DNA of 64,000 nucleotides, from positions 124,001 through 188,000 of the forward strand of contig CAZCME010000005.1 in assembly GCA_964499705.1 (NCBI GenBank), in the 5' to 3' direction. The translations under genes and the position numbers were made by a program. Numbering within the stretch: the stretch's first letter is position 1; each line of letters begins with the position of its first letter. Source of the DNA: an uncultured bacterium. GTDB lineage: Bacteria; UBA8481. A model generated the notes under the pieces. It was not told where the DNA came from and did no database searches. It saw only the letters and a program-made list of their open reading frames with translations. This document shows positions 37,942-47,795 of the stretch, in pieces.

Positions 37942-38763
37942 TCAGGATCTCTTCAACGCATGCCGGAACATCGTCGTGTCGGCGTCGCCCTTGAAAAGGC
38001 CCACGATGCCGGACGTGATATCGTGCGTGAAATACCGCTGCTGCTCGTACCAGCCCGCGCGGATCGGACGGCCCATCATGGCCAGGGGCACCTGCATCAC
38101 TTCCCGGTCGTTCCATTGCGCGATGGAATGGCGCCCGCCGTCGGTCATGCCGTGGTCGGCGACGATGATGATGACGTAATCGTTCGGAGCGCAATGGTCG
38201 AGCGTATTGAGAAGGTGACCTAGGTAGTTGTCGCAGCGCTTGATCGCATGGACATACGGCGATTGCCAGCAGTAGATATGGCGGTTCGTGTCACGGCACT
38301 CGTGGGCGCAGGTGTCGGGGTCGGGGAAGTAGACGAACGAGAAATCGTAGTGGGGAAAGACCTTGCAGGCGATGTCCATGCGAAGCTTGTCCGGATACGT
38401 GATCCGGTGCCTTTCGAGCCAGCCGTGCTTCTTGATGTAGGCGGCTTCGGCTTTCCTGTCGTACAGCACATCCAGGAGGTTGCAGTGCGGGAAATGCTTC
38501 CTGTTCTCGTCTTCCGGATATCCGACGTAACAGCTTGATTTCCGCATCTTCTCCCAGAGCGACTGCGACAGGGGCTTGCCGTATTTATTGTGCATGATCC
38601 GGCCGACGGCGACCGGCGTCAGGGCGGGCAATTGCGTATAGAGATTCGTGAACAGGACGCCGTTATTGATGACGCGGTGAAGATTCGGCAGGCCCATCCA
38701 CTGGTGGACCTTGAAAATCGCATCGAACCGCACCCCGTCCCAGAGGTTCAAAACTACCTTCAT
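37942..38763 (-). CDS. alkaline phosphatase superfamily (phosphodiesterase-like) protein, cytoplasmic
   Basis: LWDGVRFD, DPDTCAH, VADHG metal-binding motifs, VPLAMMG; no signal peptide. Confidence 0.8.
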   Translation of the reverse strand: MKVVLNLWDGVRFDAIFKVHQWMGLPNLHRVINNGVLFTNLYTQLPALTPVAVGRIMHNKYGKPLSQSLWEKMRKSSCYVGYPEDENRKHFPHCNLLDVLYDRKAEAAYIKKHGWLERHRITYPDKLRMDIACKVFPHYDFSFVYFPDPDTCAHECRDTNRHIYCWQSPYVHAIKRCDNYLGHLLNTLDHCAPNDYVIIIVADHGMTDGGRHSIAQWNDREVMQVPLAMMGRPIRAGWYEQQRYFTHDITSGIVGLFKGDADTTMFRHALKRS

Positions 38764-38899
38764 CGCATGCCTCCATGCCCGTGTTTCGCTCTCGGCTCCC
38801 CGCGGCCGGTGCGGCAGACTAGCAGATTTTCCGGCGGCAGGCTACCCCTTCATTCTGAATGGAGCCATCTCGCTGCCTGACACAGGATATAATTTTCTT

Positions 38900-39994
38900 A
38901 TGACAAGCCATGCTCCCATTCTGCCCGAGGAAGCCTATCCGACCAGTCACTGGCACAGGCTCGATGACGGCCGGATCCAGTGCGACATCTGCCCCCGCCT
39001 CTGCAGGCTCCACGAGGGGCAGCGTGGCTTCTGCTTCGTCCGCGGCCGATACGGGGATGCCATCGTCCTCACAACCTACGGACGCTCCAGCGGCTTCTGC
39101 ATCGATCCCGTCGAGAAGAAACCTCTCAACCACTTCCTCCCCGGCACGCCGATCCTCTCCTTCGGCACCGCCGGCTGCAATCTCGGCTGCAAGTTCTGCC
39201 AGAACTGGGACATCTCCAAGTCACGCGAGATCGATACCCTGGCCGACAGCGCCATGCCGGAAGACCTGGCGCGGGCGGCGGTGAGAACGAAATGCCGGAG
39301 CGTCGCCTTCACGTACAACGATCCCGTCATCTTCCACGAATATGCGATCGACGTGGCCGACGCGTGCCGCGCTTCCGGTATCAAGGCCGTCGCGGTCACG
39401 GCCGGGGAAGTCTGTCCCGCTCCGCGCGCCGAATTCTACGCCCACATGGACGCGGCGAACGTCGACTTGAAGGGATTCACGCCGGAATTCTACAGGAACA
39501 TCTGTCACGGCAGTTTCGAATCGGTTCTCGACACGCTGAAATATCTGAAGCGCGAGACGAAGGTCTGGTTCGAGATCACCACGCTTCTCATACCCGGATT
39601 GAACGATTCGGAAAAGGAGATCGAGGAGGAAACGCAGTGGATCATGACGGAGCTCGGGCCGGATGTGCCGCTCCACTTCACCGCGTTCCATCCTGACTAC
39701 AAGATGATGGACCGCCCGCATACGCCGCCCGCCACGCTCTCCCGATCAAGGGCAATCGCCCTGAAAAACGGCCTTCATCATGTCTACATCGGAAATGTGC
39801 ACGATCACGCCGGATCAAGCACATACTGTCCACAATGCGGCCAGATCCTCATCGGCCGCGACTGGTATGTCCTCTCCGAATGGAATCTTCAGAACGGAAA
39901 ATGCTCGCGATGCCTCACCGAACTTCCGGGAATCTTCGAGGATGCTCCCGGCAATTGGGGAGCAAAACGCGTGCCTATCAGGCTGGCCCCCTGA
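38900..39994 (+). CDS. amrS: AmmeMemoRadiSam system radical SAM enzyme
   Basis: CDICPRLC, DPVEKKPLNHFLPG, CNLGCKFCQNWDIS, AFTYNDP, PLHFTAFHPDY. Confidence 0.9.
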   Translation: MTSHAPILPEEAYPTSHWHRLDDGRIQCDICPRLCRLHEGQRGFCFVRGRYGDAIVLTTYGRSSGFCIDPVEKKPLNHFLPGTPILSFGTAGCNLGCKFCQNWDISKSREIDTLADSAMPEDLARAAVRTKCRSVAFTYNDPVIFHEYAIDVADACRASGIKAVAVTAGEVCPAPRAEFYAHMDAANVDLKGFTPEFYRNICHGSFESVLDTLKYLKRETKVWFEITTLLIPGLNDSEKEIEEETQWIMTELGPDVPLHFTAFHPDYKMMDRPHTPPATLSRSRAIALKNGLHHVYIGNVHDHAGSSTYCPQCGQILIGRDWYVLSEWNLQNGKCSRCLTELPGIFEDAPGNWGAKRVPIRLAP

Positions 39995-40264
39995 TTTTTC
40001 AGGAAAATGTGACTAACCGCATTGATTACTGAAATGAGTTGTGACCATATGTGGAGCAAGGGAGGGAAGTGAATTTTCCAAGGATCTTGGAAAAAGGTTA
40101 TAGCCGTTCTGAAAGAAGAAAGGAACGGCTCGACCAAAACCGTCTTATTGTGCGCGGCTACGTCCCGCATGCAGCAATATATGATTCCATCATCGCACTA
40201 ATGAACGTCGTCGCGTGACAGGCCGCGCAGGAAACCAGTTTCATGATTCAGGGGGGTACCTGCT

Positions 40265-40549
40265 ATGTCCTTTAAACCAGCCGTCTCGTCCATCATCGGC
40301 AAGAAGATTTCCGGCGTCGTCTATCTCAGTGTCGATGGCGGTAGACGCCACAGCCTGATCCTCACCTTCGAGGATGACTCGCATATCGAGTTCTATTCGT
40401 ACGCTCATATCCACGGCCTCTGCGGCGCCTACGATGGGGGCTTCGACCAGGTTCTCGCGGACTCGATGAAAGAGCGCGCGCAATCGATCGAATTCGCCGT
40501 TCCGAAACCTGATTATGAATTGAGACCTGACATACTATTGCAAGCCTGA
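40265..40549 (+). CDS. hypothetical protein
   Basis: 94-aa ORF with SD-like GGGGGG and protein-like composition (IIGKKISGVV...LILTFEDDSHIEFY). Confidence 0.6.
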   Translation: MSFKPAVSSIIGKKISGVVYLSVDGGRRHSLILTFEDDSHIEFYSYAHIHGLCGAYDGGFDQVLADSMKERAQSIEFAVPKPDYELRPDILLQA

Positions 40550-40649
40550 CAGGATTATTTGAAATTTGGGATTTGGGATATCCGGGGCTGTGCGATCAAC
40601 GCGCAGGACTCCGGCGCGAATTTTATCCTGCCCATCCTGCCCATCCTGT
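40548..40649. repeat. short tandem/palindromic repeats between convergent genes
   Basis: GACAGGAT, ATTTGGGATTTGGGA heptamers, and (ATCCTGCCC)x2-ATCCTGT at 40625-40649. Confidence 0.5.
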
Positions 40650-40656
40650 AAAAAAA

Positions 40657-42165
40657 TCATCCGATCCTTCCCGTTCTTGAAGCGATCTCGCGCATCTGAT
40701 TCGAGAGTTCGTCCGAGAGGACCGAACCATCGTACCGCCAGCCCCAGTTGCCGTCCGCGCGGCCCGGCATGTTCATCCGCGCTTCCGTCCCGAGTCCCAG
40801 CCAGTCCTGCAGAGGTATGACGACCGTGTCCGCGACGGATTCCGTCGCGAGGCGGATCATCTCCTCATGAACCTTCTCCCCTGACCCATCCTCGCTGATC
40901 TTCCCGGAATACTCCCGGAACGCCGCGCGTTCCTTTTCCGGAGCCGCCGCATACCAGCCGATGCTCGTGTCGTTATCGTGCGTTCCCGTGTAGACCACCG
41001 TCTCCGGCACATAATTATGAGGTAGAAACGGATCCTCCTCGTCGCTGCCGAAACCGAACTGCAGAACGCGCATCCCCGGAAATCCCGCTTCCTTTCGAAG
41101 AGCATGCACTTCAGGGGTGATAAGGCCAAGATCCTCCGCGATGATCGGGAGCGTACCGAGCTTATCCTGGACGGCATTGAAGAGGTCGATCCCGGGACCC
41201 TTCACCCATTCTCCCTTCACCGCCGTCTCTTCCGATGCCGGAACTTCCCACGAAGCCTCGAATCCGCGGAAGTGATCGATCCGGATGATGTCGACGGTGG
41301 CGAAAGCCTGCCGGAATCGCTCCACCCACCACGCGTACCCGTTCTTCGCCATCACATCCCAGCGGTAGTGCGGATTGCCCCATCGCTGCCCCGTGACGCT
41401 GAAATAATCCGGCGGCACGCCCGCGACGATCGTCGGATTGCCGTCCTCGTCGAGATGGAAGAGATCGCGATGCGACCAGGCATCCGCGCTGTCGTAGGCG
41501 ATGAAGATCGGAATGTCCCCCACGATCTTGATTCCCAGCTCGCCCGCGCGCCACCGCAGCGCCGACCATTGCTGGAAGAACTTGAACTGGTAGAAGCTCT
41601 GCCGCAGCACCGCGTCGGAATGATCCTCCTTGGCCCGGTCGAGCGCCTTCTCGTCGCGGATCGCCAGCTCATGCGGCCAGTGATTCCACGGCGATCCGCC
41701 GTGCGCATCCTTCAAGGCCATGAAGAGCGCGAAGTCGAGGAGCCAGCCTTTATTCTCCTGCCGGAACTTCTCGAACGCGACGCGCTCCTCCTTGGAGCCG
41801 CGTTCCTTCCACAATTGAAACGCCCGCGCCAGGATCTTCGCCTTCCAGGTGATGACCCACCCGAAGTCGACCTTCTGCGGCGGAAACGGCGGAATATCCG
41901 CGAGGTCCGACTCGTCCAGGAAGCCTTCCCTCTTCAGTCGATCCAGGCTGATGAGGAGAGGATTTCCCGCGAACGCGGAGAAGCACTGGTAGGGCGAATC
42001 GCCGAAGCCTGTCGGCCCGAGCGGCATGATCTGCCAGATCCTCTGCCCGGACCTCCCCATGAAATCAAGAAACCGATACGCCTCCGCTCCCAGCTCTCCA
42101 ATGCCGTGCGGCCCCGAAAACGAAGTCGGATGCAGCAACACTCCGCACGATCGTTGAAATTTCAT
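40657..42165 (-). CDS. malQ: 4-alpha-glucanotransferase (amylomaltase, GH77)
   Basis: GVLLHPTSF, SPYQCFSAFAGN, GVPPDYFS, RIDHFRGF, IAEDLG, YTGTHDNDT. Confidence 0.96.
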   Translation of the reverse strand: MKFQRSCGVLLHPTSFSGPHGIGELGAEAYRFLDFMGRSGQRIWQIMPLGPTGFGDSPYQCFSAFAGNPLLISLDRLKREGFLDESDLADIPPFPPQKVDFGWVITWKAKILARAFQLWKERGSKEERVAFEKFRQENKGWLLDFALFMALKDAHGGSPWNHWPHELAIRDEKALDRAKEDHSDAVLRQSFYQFKFFQQWSALRWRAGELGIKIVGDIPIFIAYDSADAWSHRDLFHLDEDGNPTIVAGVPPDYFSVTGQRWGNPHYRWDVMAKNGYAWWVERFRQAFATVDIIRIDHFRGFEASWEVPASEETAVKGEWVKGPGIDLFNAVQDKLGTLPIIAEDLGLITPEVHALRKEAGFPGMRVLQFGFGSDEEDPFLPHNYVPETVVYTGTHDNDTSIGWYAAAPEKERAAFREYSGKISEDGSGEKVHEEMIRLATESVADTVVIPLQDWLGLGTEARMNMPGRADGNWGWRYDGSVLSDELSNQMREIASRTGRIG

Positions 42166-42241
42166 AAAGTCAGCGCCCTCATATTTTGTTGGAATTGAGA
42201 ATACATGATTTCATCAGCATATGAATTTTCCACGGAATTTG

Positions 42242-45200
42242 TCACGAAGCCACGTAAAAACAAGTCTGCCGCGCAGCCAGAGAAGGGATCGTCACGTCGA
42301 GCGTCCTCACTTCCAGCGCGGCTCCACCGAGCAGGTTCGTGTAGCTGCCGGTCGGAAAAGCGGCCGGCAGGGAAAACGCGATGGGACCGCTCGGCTGGTC
42401 GGACGTGTTGAACGCGAGGAGCATCCGCTCCGCGCCGTTCCGCGTCGCGACAATGAGGACGCGACCTTCCGCATAGACCGGATTCCAGACCGGAGCCCTC
42501 AGCGCCGGATGTTCTTTTCGCAGGGCGATCATCCTCTTATAGAGGCTCAGGACGTCGTTGTTCCAGATGTCCTTCTGCTCCCACGGAAAAGCCCGGCGGT
42601 TGTCCGGATCCTTGCCGCCCTCCATCCCGATCTCCTCGCCATAATAAATGACCGGCACACCCATCAGCGAAAACTGGAATGCGACGGCCTGACGGAGCCG
42701 AGCCTTGTTGCGCCGGGCGATCGTGTAGAATCGCTCCGTGTCGTGCGACGAAAGCATGTTGAACTGGACGGCGGCAGCCTGGGGCGGAATCGTGACGAGG
42801 AGCTGGGCGACGCGGTTTGCGAACGCGTCGGCACCGATCTTCTCGTCCGCGAAGAAGTCGATGATCGCGCCACGGAGGCCGTAGTTCATCGTCGCGTCGA
42901 ATTCGTCGCCCTGGAGCCAGGGCGCTCCGGACGGCCAGATCTCGCCGACAATCCAGGCGTTCCGGTTAGCCGTCTTCACGCGCGTCCGGAACTCCTCCCA
43001 GAATTCATGCTCCACGGCGTCCGCCGCATCCAGCCTCCAGCCCGCGATCCCCTTCTTCGTCCAGAAATCCGCGGCCATGAAGAGATATTTCCGCGCGTCC
43101 GCGTTCGTCGTGTTCCAGGCCGGCAGTCCTCCGAATCCCTGGAACGTCTCGTAGGAATTCGACAACGGCGAACTGAACGGCCAGGACTTCACGTTGTACC
43201 AGGAATAATAGGGCGAGGCGGGTCCCTTCTCGCGCACGTCATCGAAGAAAGGGTGATGCTCCCCGCTGTGATTGAAGACGCCGTCGAGGACGAACCGGAT
43301 TCCCCGGGTCGAACCATCCGACACCATCCTGTCGAAGAGCTCGTTGGTTCCGAACGCGGGATCGATCTCGAAATAATCCGTCACATCGTATTTATGATTC
43401 CCGGTGCCGCACATGATCGGATTGAATTTCACGGTCGTGATGCCGAGCTCGGCCAGATAATCCATCTTCTCCATGACGCCCGCCAAGTCTCCGCCGTAGA
43501 ACGCGGACCAGCCGGCATGCGCCTCCGGCAGTGCTTCATACGCCCACGCTCTCGCCGATCCGCCGTCGGCGGTCCTGTCGTTCGACTTGTCGCCGTCGCG
43601 GAATCGATCGGGAAAGATGTGGTACGCAATCGCCGACTTCGCCCACTCGGGCGTCGTGAAGACATTCCCCTTCTCCATGGTGAACGGCCGGCCGCCGGCT
43701 TCATCGGACGGCGCGCCGGTCATCGAAATGCCGGATCGATCGATGACATAGCGCGCCGTGCCGTCGCGAACGACGAAGTGATACGCGAACTCCTCCGCGG
43801 GAACGTCCTCCTCCACGCGCCAGTATTCATACCGGTCATCGCGCGTGGCGATCTCCATGGGAAACACTTTCCCCGCCGCGGCGTCGAGAATCGCCACCGT
43901 GATCCGCTCCACGTCATCCCGGTCCATCCGCACGGTGAAGATGGCGCGCGTGTCCAGAACGCGCGTCGTGTACCGCGGCTCGCGCTTGTGCTCGATGGCG
44001 CCTTCGTCCACGCGGGCATCCCCGCGCCGCGAGATTACATCGCTGCCCGATCCCGCGGAGACGATCGCATTGTCTCCGCCGAATCCGTCCGGCTCGCGGC
44101 GCGTCGCGGCCGGATCCACCAGCCACTCGGACCCGTTCACGACGAACTTGTAGGAGGAATTTCCCGGCGGAAGAATCACGTCCGCCGTCCAGGCGCCGTC
44201 CCCGTCGGGATCGCTCATCGGAGTCGCGGTCGCGGACCAGTTGTTGAAGCTCCCCGCCACTGCTACCGACGATGCCCCCGCGCGTCGGTAGGAGAAGAGG
44301 TGAGGCCGGTCGGGAGCCCAGAGATCCCGTGCGGCGATGCCAACTGTCGAGCGTCCGTTCGTTCCGTCGCCCGCGGACATGCTCGGAAGAGATGTCGCGG
44401 CGTTCGCTGATGCCGATACGATCGTGCCTTCGGGTGAAACAGCCGCCGGGGATGAAACCCCGACGGCAGTCACTTCCAGGACTGAATTTTCTCCGCCCAG
44501 ACCGTCTTCCGCCTTGTTCGGATTGACCGGATCGGATTTCCAATCCGACCCGTTCACGACGAACTTGTACTGATGTTTTCCCCGGGGCAGCGGTACCGTC
44601 GCCGTCCAAGTGCCGTCGCCGTCCGGATCCGCCAGCGGCGTCGCCGTCGTGGACCAGTTGTTGAAACTCCCGGCCACCGATACAGATCTCGTTCCGGCCG
44701 GAGCCTTGTACGAGAACGTCGAACCTGCCGAGCCGCCGGTTGCGGCCGGAGCCGCTGCTGCGCCGCCCGCTGCCGGCACGCCGCCGGCGCCGATCTCGAT
44801 GACGGAGTTGGATCCTCCCATGCCGTCCTCGGCCTTCATCGGATTCGCGGGATCCTCCTTCCAGTCCGAGCCGTTCACGACGAACTTGTACTGATGCTTC
44901 CCGGTCGGCAGATTTGCCGTCACGGTCCAGATTCCGTCGCCGTCCGCATCCTGCAGCGGCAGCGCGCTGGCCGACCATCCGTTGAAGCTCCCGGCGACCG
45001 AGACGGATCGCGTTCCGGCCGGAGCCTTGTACGAGAACGTCGGAGTCATGGATGCCGCGGCGGCAGGCGCACCGGCCGCGGGCATGACCGGCGCGGCGGA
45101 AGCCGTTACGACAAGGAGCGAGTTATCGTCCGCGGTCGCCGGTTTCGCCGGATCCTTTTCCCATGTGTTTCCATCGAACACGTACTTGAATTTATAGCTC

Positions 45201-46471
45201 CCGGGTTTCAGGGTTTTCGTGAGCATCCACATCCCGCTCGCATCCTTCTGCATCATCCAGTCGGCGTGCCCCGTCACCTTGCCCTGGTCGTTGTCGAGCC
45301 AGTTGTTGAACTCGCCCGCGACATGAACGGTCCGCGGGCCGGGCTTGTTCAGCTGAAACGTGACGTTCCCCATTCCGGATGGCGCGGCGGCCATTGCGGG
45401 AGCCGCAGCCGGAGCGACGCTTGCCGCCATCGCGGCCGATACCGTCAACTGGGAGTTGTCGTCCGAGGTGGTCGGCTTGGACGGATCCTTGTCCCATGTA
45501 TTTCCATCGACGACATATTTGAATTTGTACGTTCCCGGCTTCAAATTCTTCGTGAGCGTCCACATCCCGCTCGCGTCCTTCTGCATCATCCAGTCGGTGT
45601 GCCCCGTCACCTTGCCCTGGTCGTTGTCGAGCCAGTTATTGAACTCGCCCGCGACATGGACGCTCCGCGCGCCCGGCTTCATGTACGAGAACGTCGCATT
45701 TCCCGCGCTGCCCGTCGCGGCCGTCATCGCCGGCGCCATCGACGCTGCAGGAGCCGCCGTCGCGGTCACCCCGGCGGCGATCTCGATCACGGAGTTCGAT
45801 CCTCCAAGTCCATCTTCCGCCTTGTTCGGATTCGCCGGATCCTCCTTCCAGTCGGATCCGTTCACGACGAACTTGTACTGGTGCTTCCCGGCAGGCAGGG
45901 AGAAATTGCCGGTCCAGGTTCCGTCGCCGTCCGCGTCCGCAAGCATGTTCGCCGAGGAGCTCCAGTTGTTGAAACTTCCGGCGACCGCGACGGTTCGCGT
46001 TCCGGCCGGAGCCTTGTAGGAGAATTGCGGCGAGGCGACCGTCATCGAGGCTGTCATCGAAGTCGACGCCGCCGGTGTCGCGGCCGCTGCCGCGGGAGCG
46101 GGCTGCGCAGCCGTTCCGCCGACCGCGACTTCAACGACCGAATTCGATCCGCCGAGACCGTCTTCCATCTTCATCGGATTCGCCGGATCCACGAGCCAGT
46201 CGATGCCGTTCACGACAAATTTATACTGGTGCTTTCCCGCCGGAAGCGGAACGTCGACCGTCCAGATCCCATCGCCGTCCGCGTCCGAAAGCTTCGCGGC
46301 CGACGGATTCCATCCGTTGAAACTTCCCGCGACGGAAACCATCTTCGCTCCCGCGGGAGGCTTGAACGAAAACAGGTGCGCATCCGCGCTCGATCCGCCG
46401 AGCGCCAAAAGCACCAGGCAGAGGGACAGGAAGAGAAAGACCCTTCGTGACGATGACAAGGAACCATTCAT
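42242..46471 (-). CDS. secreted GH13 alpha-glucan hydrolase (neopullulanase/cyclomaltodextrinase-like) with seven N-terminal CBM48-like modules
   Basis: SRRVFL Tat-like signal; 7 x VAG[SE]FN[GN]W...YKFVV/YKFKYV modules; catalytic DGVFNH, GWRLDAA, GEIW, SSHD, IYYGEEIG. Confidence 0.9.
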   Translation of the reverse strand: MNGSLSSSRRVFLFLSLCLVLLALGGSSADAHLFSFKPPAGAKMVSVAGSFNGWNPSAAKLSDADGDGIWTVDVPLPAGKHQYKFVVNGIDWLVDPANPMKMEDGLGGSNSVVEVAVGGTAAQPAPAAAAATPAASTSMTASMTVASPQFSYKAPAGTRTVAVAGSFNNWSSSANMLADADGDGTWTGNFSLPAGKHQYKFVVNGSDWKEDPANPNKAEDGLGGSNSVIEIAAGVTATAAPAASMAPAMTAATGSAGNATFSYMKPGARSVHVAGEFNNWLDNDQGKVTGHTDWMMQKDASGMWTLTKNLKPGTYKFKYVVDGNTWDKDPSKPTTSDDNSQLTVSAAMAASVAPAAAPAMAAAPSGMGNVTFQLNKPGPRTVHVAGEFNNWLDNDQGKVTGHADWMMQKDASGMWMLTKTLKPGSYKFKYVFDGNTWEKDPAKPATADDNSLLVVTASAAPVMPAAGAPAAAASMTPTFSYKAPAGTRSVSVAGSFNGWSASALPLQDADGDGIWTVTANLPTGKHQYKFVVNGSDWKEDPANPMKAEDGMGGSNSVIEIGAGGVPAAGGAAAAPAATGGSAGSTFSYKAPAGTRSVSVAGSFNNWSTTATPLADPDGDGTWTATVPLPRGKHQYKFVVNGSDWKSDPVNPNKAEDGLGGENSVLEVTAVGVSSPAAVSPEGTIVSASANAATSLPSMSAGDGTNGRSTVGIAARDLWAPDRPHLFSYRRAGASSVAVAGSFNNWSATATPMSDPDGDGAWTADVILPPGNSSYKFVVNGSEWLVDPAATRREPDGFGGDNAIVSAGSGSDVISRRGDARVDEGAIEHKREPRYTTRVLDTRAIFTVRMDRDDVERITVAILDAAAGKVFPMEIATRDDRYEYWRVEEDVPAEEFAYHFVVRDGTARYVIDRSGISMTGAPSDEAGGRPFTMEKGNVFTTPEWAKSAIAYHIFPDRFRDGDKSNDRTADGGSARAWAYEALPEAHAGWSAFYGGDLAGVMEKMDYLAELGITTVKFNPIMCGTGNHKYDVTDYFEIDPAFGTNELFDRMVSDGSTRGIRFVLDGVFNHSGEHHPFFDDVREKGPASPYYSWYNVKSWPFSSPLSNSYETFQGFGGLPAWNTTNADARKYLFMAADFWTKKGIAGWRLDAADAVEHEFWEEFRTRVKTANRNAWIVGEIWPSGAPWLQGDEFDATMNYGLRGAIIDFFADEKIGADAFANRVAQLLVTIPPQAAAVQFNMLSSHDTERFYTIARRNKARLRQAVAFQFSLMGVPVIYYGEEIGMEGGKDPDNRRAFPWEQKDIWNNDVLSLYKRMIALRKEHPALRAPVWNPVYAEGRVLIVATRNGAERMLLAFNTSDQPSGPIAFSLPAAFPTGSYTNLLGGAALEVRTLDVTIPSLAARQTCFYVAS
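45228..45658. repeat. intragenic direct repeat (CBM modules 3 and 4)
   Basis: 45228-45325 and 45561-45658 are 98-bp copies with 3 mismatches, 333 bp apart. Confidence 0.85.
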
Positions 46472-46594
46472 AGGGCAGCCTCGCTGAAATTAGATTTGAT
46501 CAGGTTTTTAGACGACTTTACGTCCCTGCAGTTTCGGCGACTCCCGAATTGTTGGCAAGAAAATTTACTAAATTTCCATAACTTAGCTTTTCCC

Positions 46595-46622
46595 TTGACA
46601 CCGTAACTCAAACGAGTAGCGT
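46595..46622 (+). promoter_or_regulatory. putative sigma-70 promoter, likely leaderless transcript
   Basis: TTGACA-N16-TAGCGT, 7 nt before ATG 46630; no SD. Confidence 0.55.
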
Positions 46623-46629
46623 TTCGCGC

Positions 46630-47739
46630 ATGGCTGAAATCGCTTTATCCAACCTTCGGAAGGTCTATCCGAACGGCTACGTGGGTGTAGCCGGCGCCTC
46701 CTTGACCATCAATGACGGAGAATTCGCCGTCATTGTCGGCCCTTCCGGCTCCGGAAAGACAACGCTCCTGCGGATGGTCGCCGGCCTTGAGGATATCACC
46801 TCCGGAGAAATGTCGATCGGAGGAACGCTCGTCAACGACGTCTCCCCCAAGGATCGCGACATCGCCATGGTCTTTCAGAATTACGCGCTCTATCCGCACA
46901 TGTCGATCTACGAAAACATGGCCTTCGGCCTGAGGCTCCGCGGTATCCCCAAGCCCGAGATCGATCGCCGCGTTTCGGAAGCCGCGCAATTTCTCCAGCT
47001 CGCCGACCGCCTCGAAAACAAGCCCAAGCAGCTCTCCGGCGGCCAGCGCCAGCGTGTCGCCGTCGGCCGCGCCATCGTCAGGAAGCCCAAGGTCTTTCTC
47101 TTCGACGAGCCGCTCTCCAATCTCGACGCGAAGCTCCGTGTGGAAATGCGCGTCGAGCTCGCCAGGCTCCATCGACGCATCGACGCGACGATTCTCTACG
47201 TCACGCACGACCAGGTCGAAGCCATGACGCTGGCAACGCGCATCATCGTGATGAAGGACGGGCACATTCAGCAGGTCGGAGCCCCCCTCGAACTTTACTC
47301 CAGGCCCACCAACCGCTTCGTCGCCGGCTTCATCGGTTCACCGGCGATGAACTTCTTCGATTCGACGGTGGAGCAGGCCGAGAATCACATCTTCGTCAAG
47401 GGGCCCGGATTCAAGATCCGGCTGACCCCGGAGCAGACGGAATCGCTCAAGAAGCGCGGCATGATCGGCAAGGGCGTCACCTTCGGAATTCGCCCGGAGC
47501 ATATTCACGATCGGCTCTTCCTGCCCGACGCGCCCGCGGACCAGACTTTCGTCGCGAGCGTCGACGTGGTGGAACCGATGGGCGCCGAAACCTACGCGTA
47601 TGTCCGGCTCGGCGAAACCATGATCGTCGTCCGGCTCCGCGGCGATGCTCTTCCGAAAGTCGGCAGCCAGATCGATCTCGTGTGCGACATGAGCCGTTCC
47701 CATCTCTTCGACAAGGAGACGGGCGCCGCGCTCGCATGA
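46630..47739 (+). CDS. sugar ABC transporter ATP-binding protein (MalK/MsmX/UgpC family)
   Basis: GPSGSGKTT, DIAMVFQNYALYPHM, LSGGQRQRVA, YVTHDQVEAM, FIGSPAMN. Confidence 0.95.
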   Translation: MAEIALSNLRKVYPNGYVGVAGASLTINDGEFAVIVGPSGSGKTTLLRMVAGLEDITSGEMSIGGTLVNDVSPKDRDIAMVFQNYALYPHMSIYENMAFGLRLRGIPKPEIDRRVSEAAQFLQLADRLENKPKQLSGGQRQRVAVGRAIVRKPKVFLFDEPLSNLDAKLRVEMRVELARLHRRIDATILYVTHDQVEAMTLATRIIVMKDGHIQQVGAPLELYSRPTNRFVAGFIGSPAMNFFDSTVEQAENHIFVKGPGFKIRLTPEQTESLKKRGMIGKGVTFGIRPEHIHDRLFLPDAPADQTFVASVDVVEPMGAETYAYVRLGETMIVVRLRGDALPKVGSQIDLVCDMSRSHLFDKETGAALA

Positions 47740-47795
47740 GGTTCTGTTAACCACGTCCGGCCCGGGACCCGGGAGCGACTGACAAGAGCGGGGAG

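Noticed and set aside
40069-40218. 49-aa GTG-start small ORF (MNFPRILEKG...)
   Set aside because: SD spacing too short, no recognisable motif; unsupported.
42221-46450. Long plus-strand ORFs and a possible CRISPR/DGR-like repeat array
   Set aside because: ORFs are antisense shadows; the repeats are in-frame CBM module duplications with no spacer structure, cas gene or reverse transcriptase.
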